In this document: in pieces, positions 1 to 7,749 of the stretch
How positions within the stretch are numbered: position 1 is the first letter of the stretch
How the letters are laid out: every line of letters starts with the position of its first letter
Assembly (NCBI GenBank): GCA_034664565.1
Contig: JAXDHJ010000045.1
Coordinates: forward strand, 22,816-86,815
Direction: 5' to 3'
Source: Solirubrobacteraceae bacterium
GTDB lineage: Bacteria; Actinomycetota; Thermoleophilia; Solirubrobacterales; Solirubrobacteraceae
Length of the DNA stretch: 64,000 bases
The notes under the pieces: model-generated
Seen by the model: only the letters and a program-made list of their open reading frames with translations
The model's database searches: none
What the model was told of the DNA's origin: nothing
Made by a program: the position numbers and the translations under genes

Positions 1-53
1 GAGCTCGGCTACCTCGGCGCCGCCGGCCTGCTCGCCCTCGCCCTCTGGGTGCT

Positions 54-734
54 CTACCGGCGGGGAGCCGGCGCGCCCGCCCCGATGGCGGCGGCGATCG
101 CCGCGTAGGCCTCGGCCGGGTCGGGGGCGCCGAAGATGGCGTTGCCGGCCACGAAGATCGTCGCCCCCAAGGTCGAGCACGGGCCGGCGGTCTCGGCGTC
201 GATGCCCCCGTCGACCTCGAGGGCGATCCCGTCGCCGAGCAGGGGGGCGAGCCGCTGGAGCTTCTCCAGGGAGGAGGGAATGAACTTCTGGCCGCCCCAG
301 CCCGGGTTGACCGTCATGCACAGGGCGAGGTCGTAGGCCCCCTGGAGCTCGGTGAACACGTCGAGGGGCGTTCCCGGGCAGACGGCCAGCCCGGCGGCCG
401 AGCCGGCGTCGCGGATGGCGGCCAGGGTGTAGTCGAGGTGGGGGGTCGATTCGGCGTGGATGGTGATGTTGTCGGCCCCGGCGCTGGCGAAGTCGGCCAC
501 GTGGCGCTCGGGACGCTCGATCATCAGGTGGACGTCGAGCACCACCCCGAGCTCGCGCAGTCCGGCGACGATCCCCGGGCCGAAGGTCAGGGGCGGGACG
601 AAGTGCCCGTCCATGATGTCGACGTGGATCACCTCGGCCCCGGCGGCGACCATCTCCACCACCTGCTCGCGCAGCCGACCGTGGTCGGCGGCAAGGATCG
701 ATGGGGCCACATGGTTCCCGGCGGGCAGGCTCAA
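54..734 (-). CDS. rpe: ribulose-phosphate 3-epimerase
   Basis: 226-aa ORF with PSILAAD, HVDIMDGHFVP, MTVNPGWGGQKF and EVDGGI motifs typical of the Rpe TIM barrel. Confidence 0.95.
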   Translation of the reverse strand: MSLPAGNHVAPSILAADHGRLREQVVEMVAAGAEVIHVDIMDGHFVPPLTFGPGIVAGLRELGVVLDVHLMIERPERHVADFASAGADNITIHAESTPHLDYTLAAIRDAGSAAGLAVCPGTPLDVFTELQGAYDLALCMTVNPGWGGQKFIPSSLEKLQRLAPLLGDGIALEVDGGIDAETAGPCSTLGATIFVAGNAIFGAPDPAEAYAAIAAAIGAGAPAPRR

Positions 735-782
735 CGGTTGCTCCGGAGGTCGTTTGGGCGTCGGTCGGGCAAGCTCGCCATC

Positions 783-1013
783 CTATATCGGCACGAGCAT
801 GCCGGCACCGCAGGAGTTGCAGCTGACGATCGCCGTGTTCTTCATCCGCACGATCGTCGAGTGCTCGCCGCAGTTCGGGCACACCGAGACCAGCTCGTAG
901 CGGTGCAGGCAGTAAACGCACCGGTAGCGGCCCGGCAGGTTCGTCCCGCGCAGCCACGGCTCGCCGCAGTTGGGGCACGGCGGTCCGAGGTCGACGGGGT
1001 CGCTCATCGCCAC
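783..1013 (-). CDS. small zinc-ribbon protein (four CxxC pairs), function unknown
   Basis: 76-aa ORF with CPNC, CVYC, CPNC and CNSC pairs. High GC3. Starts 4 nt after the rsmB stop. Confidence 0.6.
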   Translation of the reverse strand: MAMSDPVDLGPPCPNCGEPWLRGTNLPGRYRCVYCLHRYELVSVCPNCGEHSTIVRMKNTAIVSCNSCGAGMLVPI

Positions 1014-1016
1014 CGG

Positions 1017-2333
1017 TCACCCCTCCCGGCGCAGGGCGCCCACGAAGAAGCCGTCGCTCCCCTGGACGCTCGGCAGCGCCAGCAGGTGGGGCCCGGCGGC
1101 CGTCCAGGCCGGAAAGCGCCGGCGCAGGTCGGTGACGGCGAAGTCGGCGTGCCCATCGAGGAAGAGATCGATCTGACGTTCGTTTTCGGCGGGCGAGATC
1201 GTGCAGGTCGAGTAGACGAGGGTGCCGCCCGGGGCGAGCGCCCCGGCCGCCGCGGACAATAGCCGGGCCTGAGTCCCGGCGAGCTCGCCCACCGACTCCG
1301 GCGTCACCCGCCAGCGTAGGTCGGGCCGCGACTGGAGCGTCCCCAGGCCCGAGCACGGCGGGTCGAGGAGGACGCGGTCGAAGCCGGTGCGCCCGGTCGA
1401 CGGCGCCGGCGGCCGGCCGGCGTCGGCCACCTCGACGGTGACGTTGGCCGCCCCCATCCGCGCGGCCGTGCGCCGCAGCGACCGAGCCCGCCCGGCGTGG
1501 CGCTCGACGGCCACCACCTCGCCCCCGCCCTCCATCAGGGCGGCCAGGTGGGTGGTCTTGCCGCCCGGGGCCGCGCACAGGTCGAGCACCCGCTCACCCG
1601 GCTTGGGGTCGACGGCGTGGGCGACGAGCATGGCCGCCCGCGACTGGGGCATGAACGCCCCCGCCCGCCACAGGTCCGAGCCGTGGGCGTCGAAACGCTC
1701 GAGGGCGACCACCGCCTCCGGCGGGTCCCCGGGAACCCGCGTGGCCACCGGCAGGGCGGCGGCCAGCGCCGCCGCGTCGTCGACCACCAGGGTGTTGGCC
1801 CGCAGCGAGTGCTCGGCCGGCTCGTTGCACCGGGCCAGGAGCGCCCGCGCCCCCTCGGCCCCGAGGGCCGCCCACCAGAGCTCGACGATCCACACCGGCA
1901 TCGAGTGCCTGATCGCCGCCTGCGCCGGCGTTGAGTCCTCGAGGCCGGCGAGGAGGGTCGGGCCCTCCCGCGCCGCCCGGCGCAGGACGGCGTTGGCCAG
2001 GCCGTGGCCCCGCGAGCTCTTGGCCAGCTCGACGGCGTCGTGGACCACGGCATGGGGCGCGCTCCCCAGCCACAGGAGCTCGTAGACGCCGAGCCGCAGG
2101 GTGGCCCGCAGCGGTGGGTCCAGGCGGTTGATCGGCCGCTCGGCCAGGTGCTCGATCAGGTGGTCGAGGGTCGCCCGCCGCTGGACCGCCCCGTAGGCCA
2201 GGCGCATGGCCAGGGCCCGGTCGCGCGGGTCCAGGCCCCCGGCCGCGACGTGGAAGGCCCGGTCGGTGAACGCGCCCTGCTCGAAGGTCCGCCGCAGCAC
2301 CACCTGGGCGCAGGCCCGGGCCTCAGACGGCAT
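1017..2333 (-). CDS. rsmB: 16S rRNA (cytosine967-C5)-methyltransferase
   Basis: 438 aa with a NusB-like N-domain plus SAM-MTase motifs DLCAAPGGKT, DRVLLDPPCSGLG and YSTCT. Confidence 0.9.
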   Translation of the reverse strand: MPSEARACAQVVLRRTFEQGAFTDRAFHVAAGGLDPRDRALAMRLAYGAVQRRATLDHLIEHLAERPINRLDPPLRATLRLGVYELLWLGSAPHAVVHDAVELAKSSRGHGLANAVLRRAAREGPTLLAGLEDSTPAQAAIRHSMPVWIVELWWAALGAEGARALLARCNEPAEHSLRANTLVVDDAAALAAALPVATRVPGDPPEAVVALERFDAHGSDLWRAGAFMPQSRAAMLVAHAVDPKPGERVLDLCAAPGGKTTHLAALMEGGGEVVAVERHAGRARSLRRTAARMGAANVTVEVADAGRPPAPSTGRTGFDRVLLDPPCSGLGTLQSRPDLRWRVTPESVGELAGTQARLLSAAAGALAPGGTLVYSTCTISPAENERQIDLFLDGHADFAVTDLRRRFPAWTAAGPHLLALPSVQGSDGFFVGALRREG

Positions 2334-3207
2334 GTCCGCGCAGGTAGTCGGCCGCCTCCATCGGCCTGCCCCCCGGCGGCTGCACCCGCAGGAGCTCGAG
2401 CGCCCCGCCCGCGGCCCCGTAGACGAGGCGGCCGCCGGCGCCGGCGAGCTGGCCGGCGGGCGGGTGGCCGGCCGGGTCGGTGAGGTCGGGCGGGGCCACC
2501 CGGGCGTCCAGCACCCGCAGGTCGCCGATCCGGGCCCCGATGTGGGGGTGGAGGGCCCGCACCACCCGCTCGAGCTCGGCCGGCTCCCGGATCGGGTCGA
2601 GGTCGCGATCGGCCGGGGTGATCTTCTCGGCGTAGGTCACGCCGTCCTCGGGCTGTTCGACGAACTCGGGGGAGCCGCTCAGGCTGGCCAGGAGGATCTC
2701 CGCCCCGAGCGCGGCCAGCCGCGGCGCCAGGGTGCCGTAGGTGTCCTGCCGGGTGATGGTCTCGCTCACCTGGGCGCACACCGGGCCGCTGTCGAGGCCG
2801 GCGGTCAGGCGGATGATGGAGACGCCGGTCCGCTCGTCGCCGGCCATCATCGCCCGCTCGATCGGGGCGGCGCCCCGCCAGCGGGGAAGGATCGACGGGT
2901 GGACGTTGAGGATCTCGTAGGCCGAGAGGAACGGCTCGCGCACCAGGGCGCCGTAGGCGCAGACCACCACCCCGGTCGGCGCGAGCGCGACCAGCCGGTC
3001 GAGGACGTCGTTGAGCTGCTCGGGGGCGAGGACCTCGATGCCGAGCTCGGCCGCCGCCACCGCCACCGGCGTCGGCCCCGGCCGGCGGCCGCGCCCGCGG
3101 GGGCGATCGGGCCGGGTGAGGACGAGCCCAGGGCGGTGGGGCGAGTCGGCCAGGCGGGCGAGGACGGTCACCGCGAACGGCGAGGTCCCGATGTAGACGA
3201 TGGCTAT
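2323..3207 (-). CDS. fmt: methionyl-tRNA formyltransferase
   Basis: Formyltransferase core (HPSILPRWRGAAPI) plus C-terminal domain. The conserved N-terminal strand IAIVYIGTSPFAV lies upstream of the first canonical start (GTG 3171). I therefore extend to ATA 3207 (ATC 3201 is an alternative). The start is uncertain. Confidence 0.88.
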   Translation of the reverse strand: MAIVYIGTSPFAVTVLARLADSPHRPGLVLTRPDRPRGRGRRPGPTPVAVAAAELGIEVLAPEQLNDVLDRLVALAPTGVVVCAYGALVREPFLSAYEILNVHPSILPRWRGAAPIERAMMAGDERTGVSIIRLTAGLDSGPVCAQVSETITRQDTYGTLAPRLAALGAEILLASLSGSPEFVEQPEDGVTYAEKITPADRDLDPIREPAELERVVRALHPHIGARIGDLRVLDARVAPPDLTDPAGHPPAGQLAGAGGRLVYGAAGGALELLRVQPPGGRPMEAADYLRGHAV

Positions 3208-3218
3208 GGCCCGGCGCC

Positions 3219-4049
3219 CTAGGTCGCGCTCGCCCTGGCGCCGGCTGCCTCGGCGGCGGCGGCCGCCGCCTCGCGCATGGCCCGCATCGCCTCCCGGCGC
3301 TGCTCCCGGGAGGTCCGGTCGAGGATGAGGACGCCGTCGAGGTGGTCGACCTCGTGGGCGATGACCCGGGCCTCGAGCCCGGAGGCCTCGATCATGATCG
3401 GCTCGCCGAACTCGTCCCGGGCGCTGACCCGCAGGTGGATCGAGCGCTCGACGTCGACCACCACGCCGGGCAGGCTGAGGCAGCCCTCCTCCATCGTCTC
3501 CTGCTCATCGCCCGACCACTCGATCTCCGGGTTGACCAGGGCCACCAGCGGGGCTTCGCGCTGGATCCGGTAGACGAGCAGGCGGTGGAGGACGCCGAGC
3601 TGGGTGGCGGCCAGGCCGACCCCCATGGCGTCCTCCATCAACACCCCCATCCGCGCGACCTCCTCCCGCAGCCGGTCGTCGAAGCGGTCGACCTCGAGGG
3701 CCGCCGTCCGCAGGACCGGGTCGCCGAGCTTGCGCACGTGGCGCAGGGCCTCTCGCCGCCGGCGCAGGAGCTCGGGATCGATCTCGGGCGGGGCCTCGGC
3801 CTCGGCCTCGTCGGGGGCGTCGGCCCCCGCCTCGGGCTCCTCGGGCGGGGACGGGGCGGCGCCGGCCTCAGGCCGCTTGGGCTCCTCGGGCGGGGCCGGG
3901 GCGGCGCCGGCCTCAGGCGCGGCTCCGGGCTCCTCGGGCGGGGACGGGGCGGCGCCGGCCTCAGGCGCGGCTCCGGGCTCGGCCTCGCCGCCGGCGCGGT
4001 GGTCGGCTTCGAGCACGGGGACGGGGTCGGGCGCTGCCGGGCTGGCCAT
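3219..4049 (-). CDS. def: peptide deformylase with about 100-aa acidic Pro/Glu/Ala repeat N-terminal extension
   Basis: Def motifs GVGLAATQLG, EGCLSLPG and HEVDHLDG are present. The longest ORF starts at ATG 4049. An alternative start at GTG 3737 would give a canonical MRKLGDPVLR N-terminus. Confidence 0.9.
   Translation of the reverse strand: MASPAAPDPVPVLEADHRAGGEAEPGAAPEAGAAPSPPEEPGAAPEAGAAPAPPEEPKRPEAGAAPSPPEEPEAGADAPDEAEAEAPPEIDPELLRRRREALRHVRKLGDPVLRTAALEVDRFDDRLREEVARMGVLMEDAMGVGLAATQLGVLHRLLVYRIQREAPLVALVNPEIEWSGDEQETMEEGCLSLPGVVVDVERSIHLRVSARDEFGEPIMIEASGLEARVIAHEVDHLDGVLILDRTSREQRREAMRAMREAAAAAAEAAGARASAT
3834..3975. repeat. three imperfect tandem copies (45-48 nt) inside the def 5' extension
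   Basis: GGGCTCCTCGGGCGGGG(A/C)CGGGGCGGCGCCGGCCTCAGGC recurs starting at 3834, 3879 and 3927. It encodes PEAGAAP(S/A)PPEEP units. A (GGCCTC)3 run lies at about 3792-3810. Confidence 0.85.
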
Positions 4050-4112
4050 CCCCTCCAGTCTAGAGACGCCGCGACCTCCCGCCCGCGACTGCGGGCCGGG
4101 CCGCGGGCGCCC

Positions 4113-6311
4113 CTACTGGGGGTCGACGTCGACGCTGATCGCCACGTCGCGGCGTCCGGGCACCGCCACGGCGGCGCCGACGGCGGCGACGGTCGGGGCG
4201 CGCTCGCCGCCCTTGACCACGAGCTGGGACCGCTCGCGGCCGCGGAGGCGAAACAGCGGCGCCGGACCGAGCACGCAGGCGCCGGGGACGACGAGCTCTG
4301 CCCGCAGGCCCTGGGCGGCGGCGAAGGCGGCGCCCGGCTCCTCCGAGGAGCAGACGATGCGGATGAGCTCGCCGAACGGCGGGTAGCGCAGGGCCTGGCG
4401 GCGGCCGAGCTCGGCGGCGAGGAAGCCGTCGCTGTCGTGGCGGGCGGCCAGGGCGATGCTCGAGGCGCCGGGGGCGATGGTCTGGACCAGCACCCGGCCC
4501 CCCCGTCCCGCCGGACCCCGCCCGGCCCGCCCGGCGAGCTGGGCCACCAGGGCGAACGTCCGCTCCTCGGAGCGGAAGTCGGGGAAGCGCAGGGTGGCGT
4601 CGGCATCGAGCACCACCCCGAGGTCGACGCCGTCGAAGTCGTGGCCCTTGGCCACCATCTGCGTCCCGATGAGCACCCCCGACGGCGCCCGCTCGAAGCG
4701 GCGCAGCACGGCGACGGCGCCCCCCTTCACCCCGGCCACGTCGCCGTCGAGGCGAAACACCGGGTGGTCGGGGCCGCCGAGGGCGCCGGCCAGCTCGTGC
4801 TCGAGGCGCTCGGTGCCCACGCCGTGGCGGGCGACGCTGGTCGACCCGCAGTCCGGGCAGTGGCCGGGCACCGGCTCCCGATGCCCGCAGTGGTGGCAGG
4901 CGATCAGCGCCTCGGCTCGGTGGAGGACGAGCGAGACGTCGCACAGCGGACAGCCCCAGACCCGGCCACACGAGACGCAGAAGAGGAAGTTCGACCAGCC
5001 GCGCCGGTTGAGCAGGACGATCGCCTTGCCCCCGCCGCGGCGCAGCTCGGCCAGGGCGTCGGCGGTCCGGGCATGAAGGGCGCCCCGGGTCCCCCGCATG
5101 TCGAGCACCTCGACCTCGGGCAGGCGCCCGCCGTCCACCCGGCTCGGGAGCCGCAGCCGGGGCAGGCGGTGGTAGCTCTCCGGCCGGGGGGTGGCGCTCC
5201 CCACCACCAGCACCGCGCCGTGGGTCCCCGCCCGGTGCTCGGCCACGTGGCGGGCGTCGTAGCGGGGGTCGCCCTCGTGCTTGTAGGACGGGTCGTGCTC
5301 CTCGTCGACCACGATCAGCCCGAGCCGGTCGATGGGGGCGAACACCGCCGAGCGCGGGCCGACGCAGATGCGGGCCTCGCCGCGGCGCAGGCGCAGCCAC
5401 TCGTCGTGGCGCTCGCCGGCCCCGAGGCGGGAGTGCAGGACGGCCACGGTGTCGCCGAAGCGGTCGATGAAGCGGCCCACCGTCTGCGGGGTCAGGCCGA
5501 TCTCCGGCACGAGGACGATCACCCCGCGGCCGCCCTCGAGCGCCGCCGCCGCCGCCCGGAGGTAGACCTCGGTCTTGCCCGAGCCGGTCACCCCATGCAG
5601 GAGGAAGGAGCGCTTCACACCGGCGGCGACCGCCGCCCCGATGGCGGTCAGGGCGTCGCGCTGGGCGGGCTCGAGCGCGGCCGGGCCGGCCCGCCGCGCC
5701 CCGACCGCGGCGTGGTGGGGGCGCCGGCCCACCACCCGTTGCTCGAGCTCGACCAGGCCGCGGCCCTCCAGGCGCCGCAGGGCAGCCGGGGCCACGCTCG
5801 CCGGGAGGGGTCCCTCGTCGCGCAGGCGCTCGAGCAGCTTTCGCTGGACGGCGCTCAGGCGGACTCCGCCCGCCGGACCGACCCCGCTGCCCCCGCCCCC
5901 GCCGGCCCCGCTGCCCCCGCCGTCGAGGGCGGCGGCACCGGCGGCGCCGAGCGCGGCGACCAATCGGGCCCGGGGGCGGGTGCCGCCGGCGGTCCCGGGC
6001 GGGAGCATGAGGGAGAGGGACCGCGCCCGGGTCGAGCAGTACTCGGCGGCCAGCCACCCGGCCAGCTCGACGAGCTCGGCGGGCAGGCCGGGGTCGATCG
6101 CCCGCCGGGGCGCGAGCAGGCGCGCGGGCGGGACCTCGCTGGTGGCGGCCAGGCCGACGACGATCCCCAGGAGCTCGCGCCCGGCGAAGGGGATGACGAG
6201 GACCGAGCCGGCGCAGACCGAGTCGCTGAGCTCCGGCGGGATCCGGTAGTCGAAGGGCCCGAGGCGGGCGCGGGCGGTGGTGAGGGGCTCGACCTGGGCG
6301 ATCAGCGTCAT
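4113..6311 (-). CDS. priA: primosomal protein N' (replication restart helicase)
   Basis: 732 aa with Walker A GVTGSGKTEVY, DEEHD box and a Cys-rich zinc module (CVSCG, CPLCD, CHHCG, CPDCGS). Confidence 0.95.
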   Translation of the reverse strand: MTLIAQVEPLTTARARLGPFDYRIPPELSDSVCAGSVLVIPFAGRELLGIVVGLAATSEVPPARLLAPRRAIDPGLPAELVELAGWLAAEYCSTRARSLSLMLPPGTAGGTRPRARLVAALGAAGAAALDGGGSGAGGGGGSGVGPAGGVRLSAVQRKLLERLRDEGPLPASVAPAALRRLEGRGLVELEQRVVGRRPHHAAVGARRAGPAALEPAQRDALTAIGAAVAAGVKRSFLLHGVTGSGKTEVYLRAAAAALEGGRGVIVLVPEIGLTPQTVGRFIDRFGDTVAVLHSRLGAGERHDEWLRLRRGEARICVGPRSAVFAPIDRLGLIVVDEEHDPSYKHEGDPRYDARHVAEHRAGTHGAVLVVGSATPRPESYHRLPRLRLPSRVDGGRLPEVEVLDMRGTRGALHARTADALAELRRGGGKAIVLLNRRGWSNFLFCVSCGRVWGCPLCDVSLVLHRAEALIACHHCGHREPVPGHCPDCGSTSVARHGVGTERLEHELAGALGGPDHPVFRLDGDVAGVKGGAVAVLRRFERAPSGVLIGTQMVAKGHDFDGVDLGVVLDADATLRFPDFRSEERTFALVAQLAGRAGRGPAGRGGRVLVQTIAPGASSIALAARHDSDGFLAAELGRRQALRYPPFGELIRIVCSSEEPGAAFAAAQGLRAELVVPGACVLGPAPLFRLRGRERSQLVVKGGERAPTVAAVGAAVAVPGRRDVAISVDVDPQ

Positions 6312-6339
6312 CGCCGCAGGGTAGAGGCGCCCCCGGGCG

Positions 6340-7416
6340 TCAGGGCTTCGGCTGCTCGCCGTTGGCGCGTGCGAAGAGCATCGTCTCCTCGCTGTGCATG
6401 GTGGTGTGCCGCAGGCGGAAGCGGTATCCGAGCCCGAGGCCGATCAGGTACGCGGGGATCGCCGCCAGGTCGTCGTCGCGGTGATAGGCGGCGATGGCGA
6501 GGCTGGGCCGGAAGCGGCGCAGGGTGTTCTCCGCCCCGCGCAGGGCGCTGAGCTCGGCGCCCTCGATGTCGAGCTTGATGAAGTCGACGCGGTCGACTTC
6601 CCCCCGCTCGAGCAGCCCGTCGATGGTCTCCGTGCCCACGCTCCCCTCCCCGGCGGGATCGAGCGCCGTTCCCGGCCCGAACGAGCGGAAGGCCACCTGC
6701 CGGCCGGCCCGATCCGACAGGGCGGCACCGACCACGGAGATCCGGCCCGCCAGCTGCGGGTTGAGGCCCAGGTTGTGGCGCAGGAGCTCGAGATTGCCAG
6801 GCTCGAACTCGAAGCCCACCACCCGGCCCGCGCTCCCCGCCAGGTGGGCGAAGTACAGGGCGGTGTCGCCCCAGCAGGCGCCGCCGTCGATGACCACGTC
6901 CCCGGGGTGGACGGCCACCTCGAAGGCCCCGGTACAGCGGTACTGCTCGACTCCGAACACCGCGACGACGCCGCCCTCGTGGATCCGCGCCCGGATCGGA
7001 TAGCCGAGTCCGGCCAGGTCGTAGTCGTCGGCGTACCAGCCGAAGATCCCGATCGGCGCCGTGGCCGTCGCGGTGCGCGCCGCGTGGGCCCGCCGCCGGA
7101 GCTCGAGGAGCCGATCGAGGGTCATGGGGAGCTGGACCTTCCGGTTGCCGAGCACCCGAAAGGCCAGGACGCGCGCCAGCAGCTCGCGATCCCCGGGCAC
7201 CTCGAGCCGGTGGAACAGCGTCTCGAGCCCGGGGGACTGTTCGAGCAGGTCGGCGAGACGGTGGGCGGCCTGCTCGGGCGGCGGCCCGCCATATCCGTCG
7301 GGGAAGCGGATCGGATCGACGTTGTCGGCGAGGTCCGGACCGCGGTCGGCGGCGACGATCTCCCGCAGCACGGCGAGGGCGACCCCCGGGAGCACCGGCC
7401 CCCCGAGCCGGCTCAA
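6340..7416 (-). CDS. FkbM-family SAM-dependent methyltransferase
   Basis: The C-terminal part of the 1016-aa ORF reads VVIDGGACWGDTALYFA ... FIKLDIEGAELSAL, which is FkbM-like. The upstream two thirds of that ORF is antisense to the 7750-9411 gene. Start is placed at TTG 7416 (GTG 7395 is an alternative). Confidence 0.75.
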   Translation of the reverse strand: MSRLGGPVLPGVALAVLREIVAADRGPDLADNVDPIRFPDGYGGPPPEQAAHRLADLLEQSPGLETLFHRLEVPGDRELLARVLAFRVLGNRKVQLPMTLDRLLELRRRAHAARTATATAPIGIFGWYADDYDLAGLGYPIRARIHEGGVVAVFGVEQYRCTGAFEVAVHPGDVVIDGGACWGDTALYFAHLAGSAGRVVGFEFEPGNLELLRHNLGLNPQLAGRISVVGAALSDRAGRQVAFRSFGPGTALDPAGEGSVGTETIDGLLERGEVDRVDFIKLDIEGAELSALRGAENTLRRFRPSLAIAAYHRDDDLAAIPAYLIGLGLGYRFRLRHTTMHSEETMLFARANGEQPKP

Positions 7417-7749
7417 CCCGCCCGCCCCGGGCACCGCCGGCGGCCGCCGGGAGCACCGCCGCCGCGGACGATCCTGCCCTCGACGTGCTCGCCCCCGCGT
7501 CCCATGACCAGGGCACGGTACCCCGCCGGGGCGATGCCGGGACCTGTGCCCGGCGCCGAGGTCCAGTGCCGTCGACCGGGCGCTCCCCCGGCCGCCGGCG
7601 GCCCGACGGCGCGGGGGGCGATGGCCTATGGTCGCGGGTTCGCCGCGCGACCGCCCCCCGCCCTGCCCCCGTGACCTCCCGGCCCGCGACCCGCGGACCC
7701 GTCGCCGCATGATCGCCGCGCCAGCACGCCGCCGCCGCCGGGGAGGGCG

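Noticed and set aside
1-108. Partial plus-strand ORF at the window edge ending at TAG 106-108 (ELGYLGAAGLLALALWVLYRRGAGAPAPMAAAIAA). It looks like the hydrophobic C-terminus of a membrane-anchored protein.
   Set aside because: Only 35 codons are visible, and it overlaps the rpe 3' end by 55 nt. That is too little to support a call.
3342-6551. 1069-aa plus-strand ORF spanning def and priA.
   Set aside because: It is antisense to PriA, which has clear Walker A, DEEHD and zinc motifs, and to Def. Its translation is Arg/Gly/Pro/Ala low-complexity sequence typical of shadow frames in very GC-rich DNA.
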